NCBI GenBank assembly: GCA_034780895.1
Contig: JAUZTB010000076.1
Span: 76,310,293 to 76,374,292, forward strand
Length of the DNA: 64,000 nucleotides
Reading direction: 5' to 3'
Origin: Rhynchobatus australiae
Lineage: Eukaryota
The notes beneath the pieces were generated by a model. It worked only from the letters and a program-made list of their open reading frames with translations, made no database searches and had not been told where the DNA came from. The stretch's first letter is position 1. Every line of letters starts with the position of its first letter. Below, in pieces: positions 26,491 through 37,789 of the stretch. The position numbers and the translations under genes were made by a program.

Positions 26491-27099
26491 ATAAGTCTAA
26501 ATTTATTTATTGAAAATGATAAATTAATTCATAGAAACACAATGCTAAATCTGCGCAACAAGATCGTCACTTCCATTCTTTTAGAAAGGATAATTCTTTT
26601 GATATTTAGATTTTAAGATAGCGTATCTATTTCCAAGGAGACACATTGACACATTTCTTCACCTGCGGAATAAAGGTAGGGTGGGCTCCTTTTAGTTGGA
26701 CCTACACAATGAACTGTGCCAGACACTGGGTCCAATCAGCTTGTTCTGGAACTCACTCCCTGAAAGGGACACAGGTGTAGAAAGTCCAGACGGAGGGTCT
26801 CGACCCCAGACGTCGACTGTCCATTTCCCGCCACAGATGCTGCCTGACCCCAAGGTCCTCTAGCGCTTTCTGTGTTGCTCCAGGTTCCAGTACCTGCAGT
26901 TTCCTGTGCCTGGGTGAGTGCTTAAACAGCCATGACAATAAGACCATAAGACAAAGGAGCAGAAGTCAGCCATTCGGCCCATCGAGTCTGCTCCGCCGTT
27001 CTATCATGAGCTGATCCATTCTCCCATTTAGCCCCGCTCCCCTGCCTTCTCACCATAACCTTTGATGCCCTGGCTACTCAGATACCTATCCATCTCTGC

Positions 27100-27490
27100 C
27101 TTAAACATACAGAGTTTTTCCCAAAGCTGTTAAATTGTTGAACATGGATTGACACCCCCACACATACATACACACACACCACGTCTTCCTCCCTTCACTG
27201 GCTGGACTCACCATGGTGTTATTTAATGATTTATGCTGCTTTATTGATATTGATATGCTGCTGATTATCATTACTATTATTATCATGCTTCATTTGCACA
27301 CTGCCTCTTATATTTTTTTTATACCTTATATTTGTGTAAGTATGTTTGTTTTATTTTATAGTTATAATTGCTCTTATCAATTTACTGTTCTGGTTTTTAT
27401 TAGGCAAGGGAGTGCCATCGTAATTTTGTTGTGTTTTTGTTCTGCAGCAGTACAATGACAAATAAAGAAATCTTGAATCTTGAAGATCTT
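27100..27490 (+). mobile_element. Rex1/Babar-like 3' end
   Basis: AGTTTTTTCCCAAAGCTGTTAAATTGTTGAAC (SFFP.A..LLN) and ATGACAAATAAAG(AATCTTG)n tail. Confidence 0.65.
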
Positions 27491-27499
27491 GTAAGACTA

Positions 27500-27950
27500 T
27501 TTCAACAATGCCACCTATTTTTGTGTCATCTGCAAACTTAATAATCATACCTCCAATATTCTTACCCAAATCAATAATGTATATGACAAACAATAAGAGT
27601 CCCAGCACCAATCCAAGTGGCTTCCAATCCCAAAAGCAAGTCTACACCATCGCCCTCTGCCTCCTAGCACCATGCCTGTTTTGGATCCAATTTGCCTTGG
27701 ATTCCAGGGTTCTAATCTTTTGGACCAGTGTCCTTCATAGGACCTTATCAAATGGCTGACTGAAGTCCATGTAGACTACATCAACATATTTTGTTACCTT
27801 TTCCAAAAATTCAGTCAAATCGGCCTCCCCTTAACAAAGCCATGCTGACTATCTTTGATTAATCTCTGCCTGTTCAAGTATACATTATTCTTATCCTTTT
27901 CCAGTAACTTCTCTGCCATTGACATCAGACTCACAGACTTATCTCTTATA
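27500..27950 (-). mobile_element. CR1 LINE RT fragment
   Basis: VLGLLLFVIYIIDL...IIKFADDTKIGGIV. Confidence 0.85.
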
Positions 27951-28059
27951 GGTTAAAGAGCAGAGGTCCCGCTCTTTAAATCTATGACCTAACTCTCTGA
28001 ATTCATGCCAGAGGACCTCGATACTCTCATCTGCATCGTAGTCTTCTGGATCATCTGAT

Positions 28060-29150
28060 CCAGAAAGTTAAGGTGCATGGGATCCATGGTGAATTGGTTG
28101 TTTGGATTCAGAATTAGCCTGCCCATAGAAGACAGAGGGTTGTGGTAGAAGGCTGTTATTCTGGCTGGGGGTCCGTGATGGGTGTGTGTTCCGCAGGGAT
28201 TGGTGCTGGGACTTCTGTTGTTTGTGATATAAATATAAATGACTTGGATGAAAATGTAGATGAGTGGATTAGTAAATTTGCAGACAACACAAAGATTAGT
28301 GAAGATGTGCGCAGTGTAGAGGGCTATTAAAGGATACAGAAGGATATAGATCAGTTATAGATATGGGCAGAGAAATGGCAGATGGAATTTGATCCAAACA
28401 AGTGTGAGGTGTTGCCCTTTGGGAGATCAAATGTAAGAGGAAAGTATATGGTTATTGGCAGCATCTTTAAAAGCATTGATATGCAGAAAGATCTTGGGAT
28501 CCAAATCCATAGCTCCCTGAAAGTGGCCATGCAAGTAGATAGGGTGGTAAAGAAGGCGTATGGCATGCTTGCCTTCACTGGTCAGGGCGTTGAGTACAAG
28601 AGTAAGGAAGTCATGTTGCAGCTATGTAAAACTTTGGCTAGGCCACACTTAGAGTATTAAGTGCAGTTCTGGTTGCCCAATTACGAGAAGGCTTTGGAGA
28701 GGGTACAGAAGAGGTTTACCAAGATGCTGCGTGGATCAGAGGGTGTGAGCTATAAGGCGAGGTTGGACAAACTTGGGTTGTTTTCTCTGGAGCGTCAGAA
28801 GCTGAGAGGAGACTTGATAGAACTTCATAAAATTATGAGAGGCATAGATACGGTAGACAGTCAGAATCCTTTTCCCAGGGTAGAAATGTCAAATACTAGA
28901 GGACATGCATTTAATGTAAGAGGGGGAAAGTTTAAAAGAGATGTGTGGGGCAAGTTTGGTACACAGAGAGTAATGGTGGAAGCAGATACAATAGTGGCAT
29001 TTAAGAGGCTGTTACAGAGACACATGAATATGCAGGGATAGAGGGATATGGATCATATACAGGCAGAAGGGATTTAGTTTAATTTGGTAGCGTGTTCAGT
29101 GCAGACATTCTGGGCCAAAGGCTCTGTACCTGTGCTGTACTGTTCTATGT
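28060..29150 (+). mobile_element. CR1 (HER1-like) LINE, 5'-truncated, RT to 3' tail, disabled
   Basis: NINDLD...ISKFADNTKI, MEFDPNKCEVL, RPHLEY, ALERVQKRFTKML, KLRGDLIE, SNTRGH motifs with stops; 3' tail GGGCCAAAGG...TGTGCTGTACTGTTCTATG. Confidence 0.92.
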
Positions 29151-29159
29151 ACCAATGTG

Positions 29160-29800
29160 GACCACCGCCTCAACTATTTACCCTCCCCTACATCTGCTCT
29201 GTTACATCCTTGACTCTGGCACGAGGGAGATCCATAACGTCCAGGAACCTTGTTCACCACAGGGACGCCTGTCTGCTCCCCTTCAAGTGAATCCCCTATG
29301 GCTAGCACTCCTCCTTCCCCTCCCCTCCTGTGCAGCAGAACCACATGTGAGGCCACAAACTTGCTTTTCGCTGAGAGGCCAACCACTCAACAGAGTACAT
29401 CTCTTCGAAAGGGGGAGGGCCACCAGGGGCCCCTGAACTACCTGCTGCACCTACTGCTCCACTTCGGTCACCCATTACCTTTCTGCTTATGCAGCCAATC
29501 ATGTTGGGGTGGCCAGCTTAATATCCACAACTTCCTCATCGCAAGGAGCAAATAGCTCCATTGCAAATCCGTCCGCAGCTACACAATGTGGTCAGTCAGG
29601 AGCTGCGGCTGGTCACATTCCCCTGCACACACGCATGCCAGGGACACGCGATGTGTACCTGATATCTCACACAGCACAGGTGTGTGAGATATCAGGTACA
29701 CATCGCGTACTGATACCACAGAGCCCATTACCATTGAATTACCTTAGTACTCTAACTTAAAGGGAATAACTAATTATACTTGGAGCTTTATACCATACTA
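29160..29800 (-). mobile_element. CR1 ORF1 remnant (SGNH-esterase type)
   Basis: VLAIGDS motif and a Cys-containing N-terminal remnant (TSRVP...VCRG...QLLTDHI). Confidence 0.6.
29646..29708. repeat. Perfect inverted repeat: 28-bp arms, 7-nt loop
   Basis: ACGCGATGTGTACCTGATATCTCACACA-GCACAGG-TGTGTGAGATATCAGGTACACATCGCGT. Confidence 0.95.
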
Positions 29801-30069
29801 AGTGTAGCTGTCGACAATCTGAAGTACCTACCTTTACTTAGAGGATTAAAGCAGTTAAGAAAGATGGAAATGCTCGCCAGTTACATCTGACCAATCACCC
29901 TCCTAGCTGAAGAACCCTCACTCATCAAACATTGCACTTTGAATTCATTGCACCGCGAGACCACTGATTTATTTTATATAAAGCATGATGTACGTTCTTT
30001 GCTCGGCTTCTCGTTCTGTCCTCCACTAAAAGACCAGTCAGCTGAAATTGATTAATCTCATTTGACAAG

Positions 30070-30520
30070 GTTACAGTGTGTAAATGTAACAGTGTCTCGC
30101 GGGAGAGAGAATGTGTAAATGTAACAGTGTCTCCAGGAAGTGTGAGTGTGTAAATGTGACGGTATCTCACGGGAATGGGAATGTGTAAATTTGACAGTGT
30201 CTCTGGAAAGTGCGAATATGTAAAAGTGACAATGGCTCCAGGAAGTGTGAATGTGTAATTCCAGAAGTATTTCCTGGGAGAGGTGCTGTGTATATAGGAC
30301 TAACCTCTGTCAAGGAACTGTTCAATTGTAACACTCTCTCATGGGAGAAAGAATTGTACATATAGTAAATATCTCCTGGGAGAGATTTTGCCCAAATATT
30401 GGAGTATCTCCTGGGGTGGTAATGTGCGAATATGAGAGTATCCCTTGATTGGATTAATGTGGAAATGTCATGTTGTTCCTCGGTTGTGTGTATGTGAGAG
30501 TATCTCTGTCTCAGAGGATA
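30070..30520. repeat. Degenerate ~35-bp minisatellite array (family A)
   Basis: TGTGTAAATGTAACAGTGTCTC... units. An inverted remnant lies at ~30800-30960. Confidence 0.8.
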
Positions 30521-31494
30521 GGTCAACAACCAATATCCTTCACGAACCCACAGATTCCCAGGGGTAGCTGTGGATACACTTCCTCCCACCCTGCTCCACT
30601 NNNNNNNNNNCCCAGTTTCTTCAGTTCTGTTGCATCAGTTCTGATGTTGACACTTCTGACATCACTCTTCAACCTGTCCCTTATCAGTAATTCCCCTCCA
30701 CCATAATTAACAGCATTGTGAACCGCACCCGTTCTTTTCCCCACACTTCCGCTCTCACAGGGTTGTACTGCTATTGGGTCAGATCAAATTCTGACCCAAT
30801 ATCCCTCTCAAAAGATAATGTAACATTACCCCACTCTCAGAGATACTGTCACATTTCCACACTAGATTCCTCAAAAGAACAGCGTGTCAATCCTACAATA
30901 TCTTCCAAGAAATATAGTATCATCCACTATTATGTCTCAGGTGATACTGTCACATTGTTTCTAGCATACAGCAAGTGGGATGCTTTAGGGTGTTGCCTAC
31001 GTCATCAAGGTAGAAGGCTGCCAGAGAGACTCCCCTCTCATTAATGAGATTTAATAAGATTTAAAAAATGAACAATTCAAAGTTGGCTGAGAAGGATCAG
31101 AAGTTTTACATTGATTGAACAGGTTTGAAACTGCTCAATCTTTTGTGTGTTGTCTAAAGTTAGAGATTTGTAATATTTTTCAAATTCATGAAATTTTACA
31201 TTTAAATTGAAGGTTTTTGTTATTTAAATTGTTCTTGTGGTAAAATAATGAAGCAATTATGTTGGAAATTTGAACAGAATCTCACAATGCAACTGGCAGT
31301 ATTCATGGTTTTCTGATAAAATGACTTGCTAATTTGAAGAAATTGATGTTTGAGTTTTCAGGATGCACCCCTCCCTCCCCAAGGAACAGAAGAGGGTCTC
31401 AGTAGTGGAATCCTGTAACACAAGCCATGCACCAACAGCCTGCCCTCTTGAATCAATGCCTCCTTGTCTTCAGTCCTGCATGTCACAGGCTCTT

Positions 31495-31720
31495 ATTACT
31501 GTTGAATGATAATAATTAGCCAGAACTATTGGGAGAATGTGCTGCTCTTCTTTAAGTCATGTCATGGAATCTCTTTATATCCATCTGAAAGGGCAGATGG
31601 GGCTTCAGTTTAACCTTTGGTCCAAAGACAACTCTACCAATGGTGCAGTACTCCAAAATTTACTCGGTGTGTCAGGAATAGTTGTGGAGTGTGACTCAAT
31701 CCCATCTGCCTTCAGTGTGA
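31495..31720 (-). mobile_element. Deu-domain SINE remnant
   Basis: CTGCTCTTC...GTCATGGAATCTCTTTATATCCATCTGAAAGGGCAGATGGGGCTTCAGTTTAAC. Confidence 0.65.
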
Positions 31721-32249
31721 GCATTGCGGCAGACTCTCCTTTAACGTGCAGTAAACCCCTGTCCCAGTTTGACCCTGACCAGTTCAACAGAGGTCCGTGT
31801 TGGATACCTGGAAGGAGCCTCACCTGTAAAGGTTGGGGATTGTAGTCAGCATCGCTGTCACCTTGGAGACACAGACTGCAAATGCTGGAATCTGCAGCAA
31901 GTTTCACCATGATGGCTTAACAGGCATCAAGTCAGCTAACAGCAAGGCAGATAATTGCCTTCCTAATGAAGCACGGAAGAGATGATAATTCTTCTGCAAT
32001 GTTGGTTGAGAGCTGTAGGTTACTTGGACTGGACGCCTAATAAATTTGGCACCCTATTCTCCCGTCTTAGCTTTCCTCCTTCCTCTTCTTCCGCCTGTGG
32101 TGGAGCTATAAAGTGAATGGTCCCCCTCTAGTTATTTGAAGAAACTCTGGTATGATCACATCCACTGCAATAGCAGCTGCACCTGAAGATTTGGACATAA
32201 TATTGAGGAATACCTATCTTCTCCCCGACTCTCCCCTCCAGCCCCCCCC

Positions 32250-32252
<3 letters not shown>

Positions 32253-32312
<60 letters not shown>
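32253..32312. repeat. (CA)n microsatellite
   Basis: Directly visible. Confidence 0.98.
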
Positions 32313-32314
<2 letters not shown>

Positions 32315-32450
32315 ATATATAATTGCAGGATCTAGACATGCACTTGAATCACCAAAGCATGGAAGGCTCTGGACCAAATGCGGATGAGTGGGGTTAGTAT
32401 AGATAACAACAGTAGTCGGCATGGACATGGTGCCTGTTTCTGTGCTGTGA

Positions 32451-32768
32451 GATTTGCACATCAGCTTTTTAGATGTGGGGAATATAGTGCTTCACCTGGA
32501 AGGTTTAGCACTGGATATAAAAGTTGGAAAACATGCACTCATGTGCACAACCTGCTTATGCCAGATATCCTTCCATTCATTTGAATTCATTTGCACCCAG
32601 ATCAAGTGGGAAGTTCTAAACCTGTACTTTTCCATGTTACAGTGCTGCCTCATTAGATCTTTATTTTCATCGAAACCACGTGTTTCTGTTCCGCTCTCTT
32701 CTGCAATTTGTCAAAAACAATTTTCTTGAAGCCTGTGGAGAATGGATGTGATTAATCTCAGCCTGGGC
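32451..32768. repeat. Copy A of an unclassified ~310-bp inverted duplicate
   Basis: Reverse complement aligns with 46770-47085. The 162-bp core has 25 substitutions and no indels (manual alignment). Confidence 0.9.
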
Positions 32769-33199
32769 AGCTGAAGTGGTCTCCATCAATAGGCAGTGTG
32801 AGAGCAAAAATTCATTCTCGGGATACGGATGTTGCCTGCAAAGATAACATTTATCACTCATCCCTCCATGCTCTTGATGGTCTCTGATGCTCAGTTACTG
32901 CCTTGTGCCACTGCAGTCTGTATGGTAAAGACCGTCCCACAAGGTGTCCTGGGACCTGATCAGTGTGGTTAGTGTCCGAGTTCCCCAGAGGACCAAATAG
33001 CCATGTGCCCAAATTTTCTCAGCTGAACACATGGGAGGGTTACTAACAACCACAGCTAATGAAGAACTGGGAAACTTATCAAGCTATTCTCAGGTCTTGG
33101 GAGAAGTAGAGAATTTAAAGGGACATGCACAGTGGAGAAGAAATAAAGAACTTGCAGTGATACAGTACAGCCAAGAACAGTGGACAAACTATGAGGTAA

Positions 33200-33650
33200 T
33201 GTAGTCACTGCTGTAATGTAGGGAATAGCAGACAGTTGCATAGTCCTATGAGCAGCAGTGTGATTAGGTCATAGGATAAAAATGGATGGGAGAGGTCTAG
33301 AGGGTTAGGAATGGGTGCAGGTCAATGGGACTAGCGGAATAAAGATTCGGCACAGACTAGATGGGCCAAATGGCCTGTTTTCTGTGCTGTAGTGTTCTGT
33401 GGTTCTATAAATATGGATAAGATGCCAGCAAGAACCCACTTGATCTTGTTCAAGATTATGCCGAGGCATCTTCTGCATCCACCTGAGGAGTCAGATTTAA
33501 TATCTCACCTGATAGGGCAGCATATCAAACAGTGCAGCACTGACTCAGTACTACATAGGGTGCTGATCATGTCTGTGTTCAAGTCCCTGTTCTTGAACCT
33601 ACAGTCCTTTAACTCAGAGGCAAGAGAGCTGCCACTGAGGCACAGCTGAC
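33200..33650 (-). mobile_element. Deu-domain SINE remnant interrupted by a CR1 tail (~33270-33405)
   Basis: CCACCTGAG...TTTAATATCTCACCTGA...CAGTGCAGCACT..CTCAGTACT. Confidence 0.55.
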
Positions 33651-34679
33651 TCCTTAATACGTTTGCAGTGGCAGCTGAACATACAGGACAGAGCCAGAGA
33701 AAGGCACATTGTATGGGGAAAAAATTTAAAGGAGCATTTGATTGATAGTTGGGTGCATGGCTAATTGAGGGCAAAGAGTTTTTTTTTAATCCCTCATTTT
33801 TGCTCCTGTACTGTAGCACAGCTATATTGCACTGCATTGCAGACTGAGTGTGCAATATTTTAATGTAAAACGCCAACATTTTAATCTTATGCACCAACCA
33901 GTAACATTACTTTCAGTACCTCTTACACGACAAGCTCGGTGGTCAAAATGTGAAATGTGCTGAAACATGAAGTGGTTAGGTTGATTGGCAAAGATGTATT
34001 GGGAAACTAGTTAAGTACAAGAGAGAGGTAAATGTACTGCTTCTGGTCTCTTCATTGTCCCTGATTTTAATCGTTCCTCCATTGACAGCTGTATCCTCAG
34101 CTGCCGACATCCTGAGGTGTGGAATTTCCTGCCAGACCATTCTGCCTCTCTAATTATTTTGTGATGCTGCTTCATTAACCGTACCGATTGCCCTAGTGCG
34201 TCTGTTTGTGCCTCAATGTGTTTGTTACCTGTCGGTGAAGTGGCTTGAGGTGGTTTGCCGTGTTAAAGATGCTACATAAAGTAGTTGCCATTGATAAAGT
34301 GTGATAAAGGCAGAAGAGGGGGCTTGGGTTGCACATACACAGTGGGGCTGAGTGGTGTGTTTCTGAGCTGTAAGTGTTACCTAATCCTACAAAGTCAAAT
34401 AATGGAGCTGTTATGTTTGTAGTGACTTTGAGTGTAATTGTAAGGAGAGAGAGGGACTGAAAGAAGCTGTGGGCTTGAATAGAATTTCTTTTGTACAATG
34501 GGCGTGGAGCCTTTTTTTGCTGCAGGGTTGGGAGGTGAGCTTCTCGCCGTCACAGTGTCAGCTTTCAGCTGCAGGTTGTTGATAGCGACAGCTCCTGTCG
34601 GCGTTGCGAGGGACTGGGGTGGAAGTGACATTGGCCCCAGAAAAGGAAGGGTGTTCTGGAGAGGGAAGGGCGAGATAGC

Positions 34680-34953
34680 CAAAAGTGTGCGCGCAGGCAG
34701 AGGCGCGCTTTGCCGGGAGAAAGAAGACACACATCAGGAAGAACAGGAGTTATTTTGAGAGCGATTGGATTGTGGATCATTCTGGACTTGTTTCTGGTTG
34801 AGAATTAATCCCTCTTCAGTGGCCTATCTGGAATCGCATGCAATGGACTTCTAACCCGGGCCTGAAGGGACTGCAGGTGCACACACGACATCCTGCTGCT
34901 CACAGGAAGACCAGCTCCACATTCAAGTGTCTTTCCACTTTTGCTGTCACATG
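34680..34953 (+). other. Candidate alternative first exon contributing only the start Met (ATG|GTAAGT)
   Basis: Unique, locally CpG-containing sequence (34600-34720) followed by a consensus donor directly after ATG 34951-34953. An in-frame stop lies upstream. The 5' boundary is a guess. Confidence 0.45.
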
Positions 34954-35944
34954 GTAAGTCTGCTTCCAGTAAGGGGAAAGCCTTCGACTGGCTGTACATC
35001 TTCAAAGCACTGCCCGGCAAACCCCATCAGTTTACTTTTCGTGTTCTACTTTATTCTTGCCATATGTTCTTCAAACGTGCTTTGCATTTGTCTTGTTTTG
35101 TTCCTTGTCAGTTAATTTCAGGTGCAGTTGGAGTTTAACCTTGAAGTGGCCCTGCCTGTTTATTCACTTTGAGAGTGAAACAATGAGAGTGAGCTTTGCT
35201 GCACAGTCAGGTGCACCATTGTAATGGGCATGTCTTTTCAAGAAATTGCTTTTTGGTATTTCAAGTGTGTTGAGTTAAAAAAAATAACCATGGTATATTT
35301 GTATAAAAATGCCCTGCCTGGTCTTATTTCGTGTTTGTTCCTTTAGATACATGCACAGTACCGAAGGTTTTTTTTAATGACCACTGTTCAGATTTTCTTA
35401 CCAATCTTATTTTGGTATTAAGTAGGAGGATTACAGGTGTGGAAACATGCAAGTTACATTCAAACACAGTGGTGAGATTGGTACAATCTCTTCACAATTG
35501 ACGTCTCAATCTTCTGTTTCAATGTTAAATGTTCAAAGGCAAAGATGCTGCCTGAGCTATAGGGGATGATTTGAAAAGGAAGAATATGGCCTGCTGGAGA
35601 AAAAAATAGTTCATCAAAACTATTGGTGGAAAGTGACACTAAGTTGTGATAGTGGTGAGACGTTTAGGGAAATCGAAGATGATGTATGTTGAAAAGTTAT
35701 TTAGTGAATGAAGTGTGGGTTTAGTCCCCATTAACTTCCACAGGAGTGAATTGATGTTTGGCATTTGGAAATTATTTCATTGTATTATTTATTCATCAGC
35801 ATTATTTAAGGGTGAAATAGAACGTCTTAGAATCGTACCACAGAGGACGCTGATCATGCAGATGCTAACTTTCTGAGTAAACCATCTAATTTGTACCATC
35901 CCCCTCTTCATTTCACAGCCTTGCATTTTTTTTTGGAGATTACG

Positions 35945-36125
35945 AGAGGCTGCAGATGCTGGAATCTGGAGAAAAACAGAACAAAAGCTGGAGGAACTCA
36001 GCGGGTCGGGCAGCGTCTGTGGAGAGAAATGGACAGTCTGGATCCGAAACGTCGACTGTCCATTTCCCTCTGTAGACGCTGCCTGACCCGCTGAGTCCTC
36101 CCGGCGCTTTGTGTGTTGCCTGCAA
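35945..36125. mobile_element. Fold-back of two Penelope-type termini
   Basis: GGAACTCAGCGGGTCGGGCAGCGTCT...AAATGGACAGTC / GACTGTCCATTT...AGACGCTGCCTGACCCGCTGAGTCC form inverted arms. Confidence 0.75.
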
Positions 36126-36329
36126 TTTTTTTTCAAGTATGTTCGATTTGTCTTCTGAAAGTAAACATGGAGTTTAACTCCACCACCCCTTCAGCACCTT
36201 CCGGATCGCAACTTGCTGCAGGAGAGGAATTCTCTCCATCTCTCTCGTGTTCTCTTTTTGCCAGTTATCTCAAGTCCGCGCCCTCTGCTTCTGCCAGGTT
36301 CTCCCTGTAACTTCGTGCATTCTTTCCGC

Positions 36330-37270
36330 TCCCCTATTTCATCATTTCCAACGTTGCGGAGGAGATTAACCGGATGAATTGTGCCTGATTTTTCTCCTTC
36401 CGTGCGCCGGAGTCTCGCAGCTTCGGGGGTGCACGGCCGGGCTCCTGAGCCGCCACAGTTCTGTTGCGATGCGGTGGCTGTGAGTAACTGTGCCCCATTA
36501 ATACCCGGCCAAACAGATGCACCGCTCCGCACACACGGTGATTGTTCTCCGGCGGCGTCTGACATCAGAGCCGCTGGTGTGGGAGGGGTGGGGAGGAAGG
36601 AGGCGGGAGAGCCCATTCCCTCCCGGAGCCGGGGTTCGCCCGTGGACCCGTGACCACCGCTCCCCAACCCACGCCTGAGGCGGACGCTGTTGTCGAGAGC
36701 AACGCGGTGGGCGCGCCCACCCCGCCGAGCAGAGCCGCCGTCTGGGACCGGGCTGACCTGCGGTGACAGGCTGGCGAGAGTTGATCCGGCCTCCCCGTTC
36801 TCCCTGTGTTTCCCGGCCGGCGGTGGACTCTCCCAGACATCTGGCCAAGTGCTGAACAAACTTTTGGGAGAGAGGACTTGCGGGAGCAGTGACAGGCGCT
36901 CGGTGCCCCCGGCGACGCTGCGGGAAGGGCGGCTCGATCCCTGGAGTCGTTCCGTTGCAAGACGGGGGCTGCCCGCCCCTCGGTCCTGCCCAGCATCTCC
37001 CACCCTTGGGGTGGGGTGAAACCGGCCGGGATTGAGCGAGGGATGGCAAGGAGCTTCGGAGGGGCGTGATCCGGTCGGACGGCGCCCCCGCGGAACCTCG
37101 GCCGCAAGCTGCTGGCGATCGGCGGGCCATGGAGGAAGACGCGGGCGCTGTCTGCGAGCCCCGGTCCCCCTCGGCCGGCCTGCCCGAAGCCTTCTGCACC
37201 CTCTGGAGCGACGTAATGGGAATGCTGGTGAGTTGTGCGGGGGAAGGAGGAGGAGGGGGGGGGGGTGAGC
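36330..37270. promoter_or_regulatory. CpG island / promoter and 5'UTR of the SASH1-type exon
   Basis: About 950 bp of dense CpG and high GC ending at the SASH-type exon. The long overlapping ORFs here are GC artefacts. Confidence 0.8.
37129..37227 (+). CDS. SASH1: SASH1-type (SLy/SASH family) first coding exon; could belong to a long SASH3 or SAMSN1 paralog form
   Basis: MEEDAGAVCEPRSPSAGLPEAFCTLWSDVMGML resembles SASH1 exon 1 (MEDAG...SEAFSRLWTDVMGIL). Strong Kozak context gccATGG, donor CTG|GTGAGT in phase 0, inside a CpG island and downstream of the SAMD5-like exon as in SAMD5-SASH1 synteny. Confidence 0.85.
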
Positions 37271-37634
37271 TTGCCATTTAGGAAGCTTCGGTTGTGCTGA
37301 GACTTCAGTAAAAGGGCATAAACAAACCAAAGGAAATCGAGTCAGGAAGCCAGGAATCCTCTAAGGTAATCTCCAGAATCTGCACCAGCGCCGTTTCCTA
37401 TCCCACTCGTTATTTCACTTCGTTGATTACTCGAGTTTTTCGAGAAAAGGTTCCGATTTACCTCTTACCAGGGGTCAGATTTGAGATCATCCTGGTATGG
37501 GACAGCGTGGCTACCGTCAGTTCAAGCGGAGTTGAGGCAGCGAGCGAACTGTTAACAACGAGCTCTGATGAGCATCGTCAGTAATCTCCAGACGCTGATG
37601 CATCGAAGCAAAGTTTGAGCACGTCAGGTACCTG

Positions 37635-37787
37635 ATGCATTCTGCGTTCTCAATACTGTAGTTTGCATTCTGTTTTATGTTACTACTTCGATGTGATTGT
37701 GTATGGGATGATCTGCCCGGGTGGCACGCAAAACAAAAGCTTTTCACTGTATCTCGGTACATGTGACGATGATAAACCAATACCATT
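37635..37787 (+). mobile_element. Rex1/Babar 3' UTR fragment
   Basis: CTTTTCACTGTATCTCGGTACATGTGAC..GATAAACCAATACC. Confidence 0.7.
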
Positions 37788-37789
37788 GT

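Noticed and set aside
34838-34953. Upstream ATG giving MQWTSNPG... as the coding start
   Set aside because: Ends in phase 2, incompatible with the phase-0 SASH exon 2; more likely a uORF.
36191-37330. 379-aa and 259-aa minus-strand ORFs
   Set aside because: Stop-poor GC-rich island antisense to the real SASH-type exon.
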